Positions 35,101-36,939 of a stretch of 36,939 nucleotides of DNA are shown piece after piece. The DNA is taken from positions 1 to 36,939 of the IMG/VR virus record IMGVR_UViG_3300017708_001641; one strand, 5' to 3'. The DNA comes from a virus. Lineage: Duplodnaviria > Caudoviricetes. A program made the translations under genes and the position numbers. Every line of letters begins with the position of its first letter. Position 1 is the first letter of the stretch. The notes below the pieces were generated by a model. It made no database searches. It saw nothing but the letters and a program-made list of their open reading frames with translations, and was not told the origin of the DNA.

Positions 35101-36939
35101 CAAAAGAAGAAAGGGAGTTGTTAAACCCATCAGAAAAGTGATGGTAGTCATGGACTACTTCACCCATGGTGCTGGTGGTGATTATTTTGCTGGTGGATCA
35201 TATCAGAACATTGATTATTCAGACGTTCCATTCTATGAAGGTCTATACCTTTCAGATTATCTTGATTTCCGTCCTGGTATTCCCAATCTTTACAATTATG
35301 GTTCAGGTACACTTTTAGATCCTGCATTTATTACATGTTCTAGTCTAGACTTTAAGTCCAGAGTATTCCCAACATCAGGTTCTCCTTCTGCAACTCTTCT
35401 TGATATTCCTGAGGATAACTCTAACTTTAGATGTGATTTCTCCTGGTATATTGGTAGAATTGATAAGATCTTTATTGATCAAGATGGTGAATTTGAAGTC
35501 GTTAAAGGTCTTCCATCAGAAAATCCTGAGGAACCTGATGATCTAGAAACAGGTATGCTTCTAGCAACCCTGACATATGCACCTTATGGTTTCGATCCAG
35601 ATGAAGATGTTGAGATTCAAGCATCTGATAATAAGCGTTTTACCATGCGTGATATTGGTGCGCTAGAGAAAAGACTCGATCAGGTTGAATATTACACTTC
35701 ATTGAATATGTTGGAGTCTGATACTATTAGCACAGAAGTTTTGGATGCTGATGGTAAGAGTAGACTGAAAAATGGTTTCATCGTTGATGACTTTACAGAT
35801 CATTCTAAATCTGATACTGACAATGAAGATTATAATGCTGCATTGGATTTTGAAGACGGCATTGCTCGTGCCTCACACTATACAACCAACTTCCCACTTG
35901 AGATCAATGATACTTTAAGTAGTAATGTTGACTATCAAGAAGAAGGTGATGATGATGATGTAAGACCTCTGGTAACTTTGCCATATGAAGAGGTAGTCAT
36001 TGTCGATCAACCTTATGCATCTCGTGTTGAAAATGTTAATCCATTCAACGTCTTTGCGTTTATTGGTAACATTGTTTGTCTCCCTGCTTCTGATGACTGG
36101 GTATCTACTAGACGATTGCCTACAAGAGTTACCAGAATCGAAGGTAACTTCTTAGCAACTCGTAGGAGACTTCGCACAAATGCAAGAGGTTTTGCTCCTA
36201 TTCAGTGGGGTTCTTGGAGAACTACATGGAGAGGAAGAAGAAATATTCGTAGAAGAAGATGGAACTCTGGTCAGCGTTCTGCTTGGGGTAGAGGACGTGC
36301 AACTCTAGAGAGGAGAACAGTAAGAGTAACCCGTCGTCAAGTTAGACGAGGCGTTAGAACTAGGGTTGTACCTAGAATTACACGTCGTAATATGGGTGAT
36401 AGTGTTGTCTCACAAACGGCAATCTTCTGGATGAGGTCTAGAAATATTAGAATCACTGCAACTAGGATGAAACCTAGAACTAGATTCTATTGTTACTTCG
36501 GTAAGCACAATATTACAAAATACGTAACACCTAAAATTATTGAGGTTATTAAGAACCCAGCAACAGATAATAGAACTAATTCCACACCATTCCAACCTGG
36601 TGAAACAATTAGAGGTAGTAGGAGTAAGTGTCGCTTTAAGTGTCTTCCCCCTAATAATTGGTACAAATCAACTACTGGTGTTGCTTACAACCCATACGAT
36701 GATGAACCACTGCCTTCATCATATTCTGCTAATACTAATGTTATCAACCATAACGTTGCTGCATTAGCACTGCGTGGCAGAAGAAATGGTCGTTATCGTG
36801 GTAACATGCAAGTTGGTGAAGTTCTGATTGGTATGACTTCAGGCGCACGCGCAGTTGTGCAACGTCGTAGACATATTACTGACAGATTTGGTAAGTATAG
36901 AGGCAACTTCTTTATTCCACCACCACGTAGAGATAACAA
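32189..36939 (+). CDS. Large virion structural protein, VrlC/DUF4815-like, partial (>1583 aa, runs off the window)
   Basis: It is absent from the ORF track, presumably because it has no stop in the window. The ATG overlaps the gp8 stop. Segments translated by hand in one frame give MAQNTNLNVTPYYDDFD..NFYRVLFRPGYPIQARELT, RTYEESGDY (~33120), TMRDIGALEKRLDQVEYYTSL (~35645), KNGFIVDDF and QPYASRVENVNPF (~36010). Confidence 0.88.
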   Translation, partial: MAQNTNLNVTPYYDDFDKDKNFYRVLFRPGYPIQARELTTMQTILQNQVENMGSHLFKEGSMVIPGQVGYDLNVAAILLQESFLGANVEDYRSQLEGKIIEGLTTGVRAKVLFTLSGANSTKGYITIYVKYLTSGDDQETADEEAVESQITFQNNEQLITDTEITFGSTLIEIGSPFAQLLPTEALQVGSVAYVQEGVYYIRGFFVDVPYQYILLDQYGSSPEYRIGLEILESIVTPEDDLSLNDNAAGTSNYAAPGSHRFRITTNLIKKLLDDDADKDFIELLRINGEVVEEILTRSAYDELEKTFALRTYEESGDYVVQDFDIAVRECLSDGFNNGVYEAGETTESGNTAAENLYTIEFSPGTAYVKGYRVSTISSTYVDTIKPRTFLSKENSIVSCRLGNYNDVNNTFGHLNLSGDSITNAYQTIELRDTYTTTPGTAAGNRIGFARAAGYQFVDATDGAFATQPDNLYRTYMFDIQMFTRIQLSTSQSVVAGSQIVGKTSGTKGYIVDAISSANHMDVYEIEGSFQQGEMLTVDGLDLDTIEIVYPYKLSDARQILARDEGSAVIEFTADFGLKDEQTIQGTTFTYDATGSAEKITGLNSNFARDLRAGDRIFFSADKFVDVDKVDPSNLTSGNPSTIFDFGEQTVNVTPGAGSAAPDAGTYNGLIRKRAQLEAIEEGDLLTPMPKPYVASISDESCIVRRTFDAKSVQAGASDSVSETLPDNQQFESISNENVTCTVLAGTNGTYPVGSNVPILTGISNAANIGYTTLNAEQSTITIANLANITSVKITASLSKNVTEKKTKTLQQMWCHKVVRTVENRDKQLYGLAYSNIFGTRIEDDEISLGVVDGFKIHEIYESDDENDPVVPSVTLVEPVFFATGSIVTGATSSATGRVIDFNSTNLKLSMVILSGTFQIGETLTGFDSNNTAINAIVDDSATSVIIGSKAITDRYDMYNGQTNYMYRTATLKRRKGVVKPIRKVMVVMDYFTHGAGGDYFAGGSYQNIDYSDVPFYEGLYLSDYLDFRPGIPNLYNYGSGTLLDPAFITCSSLDFKSRVFPTSGSPSATLLDIPEDNSNFRCDFSWYIGRIDKIFIDQDGEFEVVKGLPSENPEEPDDLETGMLLATLTYAPYGFDPDEDVEIQASDNKRFTMRDIGALEKRLDQVEYYTSLNMLESDTISTEVLDADGKSRLKNGFIVDDFTDHSKSDTDNEDYNAALDFEDGIARASHYTTNFPLEINDTLSSNVDYQEEGDDDDVRPLVTLPYEEVVIVDQPYASRVENVNPFNVFAFIGNIVCLPASDDWVSTRRLPTRVTRIEGNFLATRRRLRTNARGFAPIQWGSWRTTWRGRRNIRRRRWNSGQRSAWGRGRATLERRTVRVTRRQVRRGVRTRVVPRITRRNMGDSVVSQTAIFWMRSRNIRITATRMKPRTRFYCYFGKHNITKYVTPKIIEVIKNPATDNRTNSTPFQPGETIRGSRSKCRFKCLPPNNWYKSTTGVAYNPYDDEPLPSSYSANTNVINHNVAALALRGRRNGRYRGNMQVGEVLIGMTSGARAVVQRRRHITDRFGKYRGNFFIPPPRRDN

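Noticed and set aside
238-36767. Numerous 60-177 aa minus-strand and off-frame ORFs in the track
   Set aside because: All lie within long + strand genes, have no recognisable motifs, and look like the antisense or shadow ORFs expected from biased codon usage.

Overview
This window is the baseplate/tail-appendage region of a large T4-like myovirus, most likely a marine cyanomyovirus (inferred from gene order, gene sizes and NATAAATA late promoters). All credible genes lie on the + strand and are tightly packed. In order: the 3' end of an unknown ORF, a PAAR-like spike-tip protein, a 48-aa basic peptide, gp25, gp6, a giant 7209-aa gp7, a 414-aa gp9/gp10-anchored appendage, a 1408-aa structural protein, gp8, and a >1583-aa VrlC/DUF4815-like structural ORF that runs off the window and is missing from the ORF track. 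Four observations stand out. (1) gp7 contains three to four helical repeats resembling phycobiliprotein subunits, with Cys at positions matching both the 82/84 and beta-155 bilin attachment sites. (2) gp7 has nested 'Russian-doll' domain insertions up to five levels deep. (3) Two neighbouring virion proteins carry complete-looking type-1 copper (cupredoxin) ligand sets. (4) The last ORF has a 33%-Arg segment. I saw no RNA genes, CRISPR arrays or mobile elements. Family assignments come from motif recognition and recalled consensus sequences; no searches were run.
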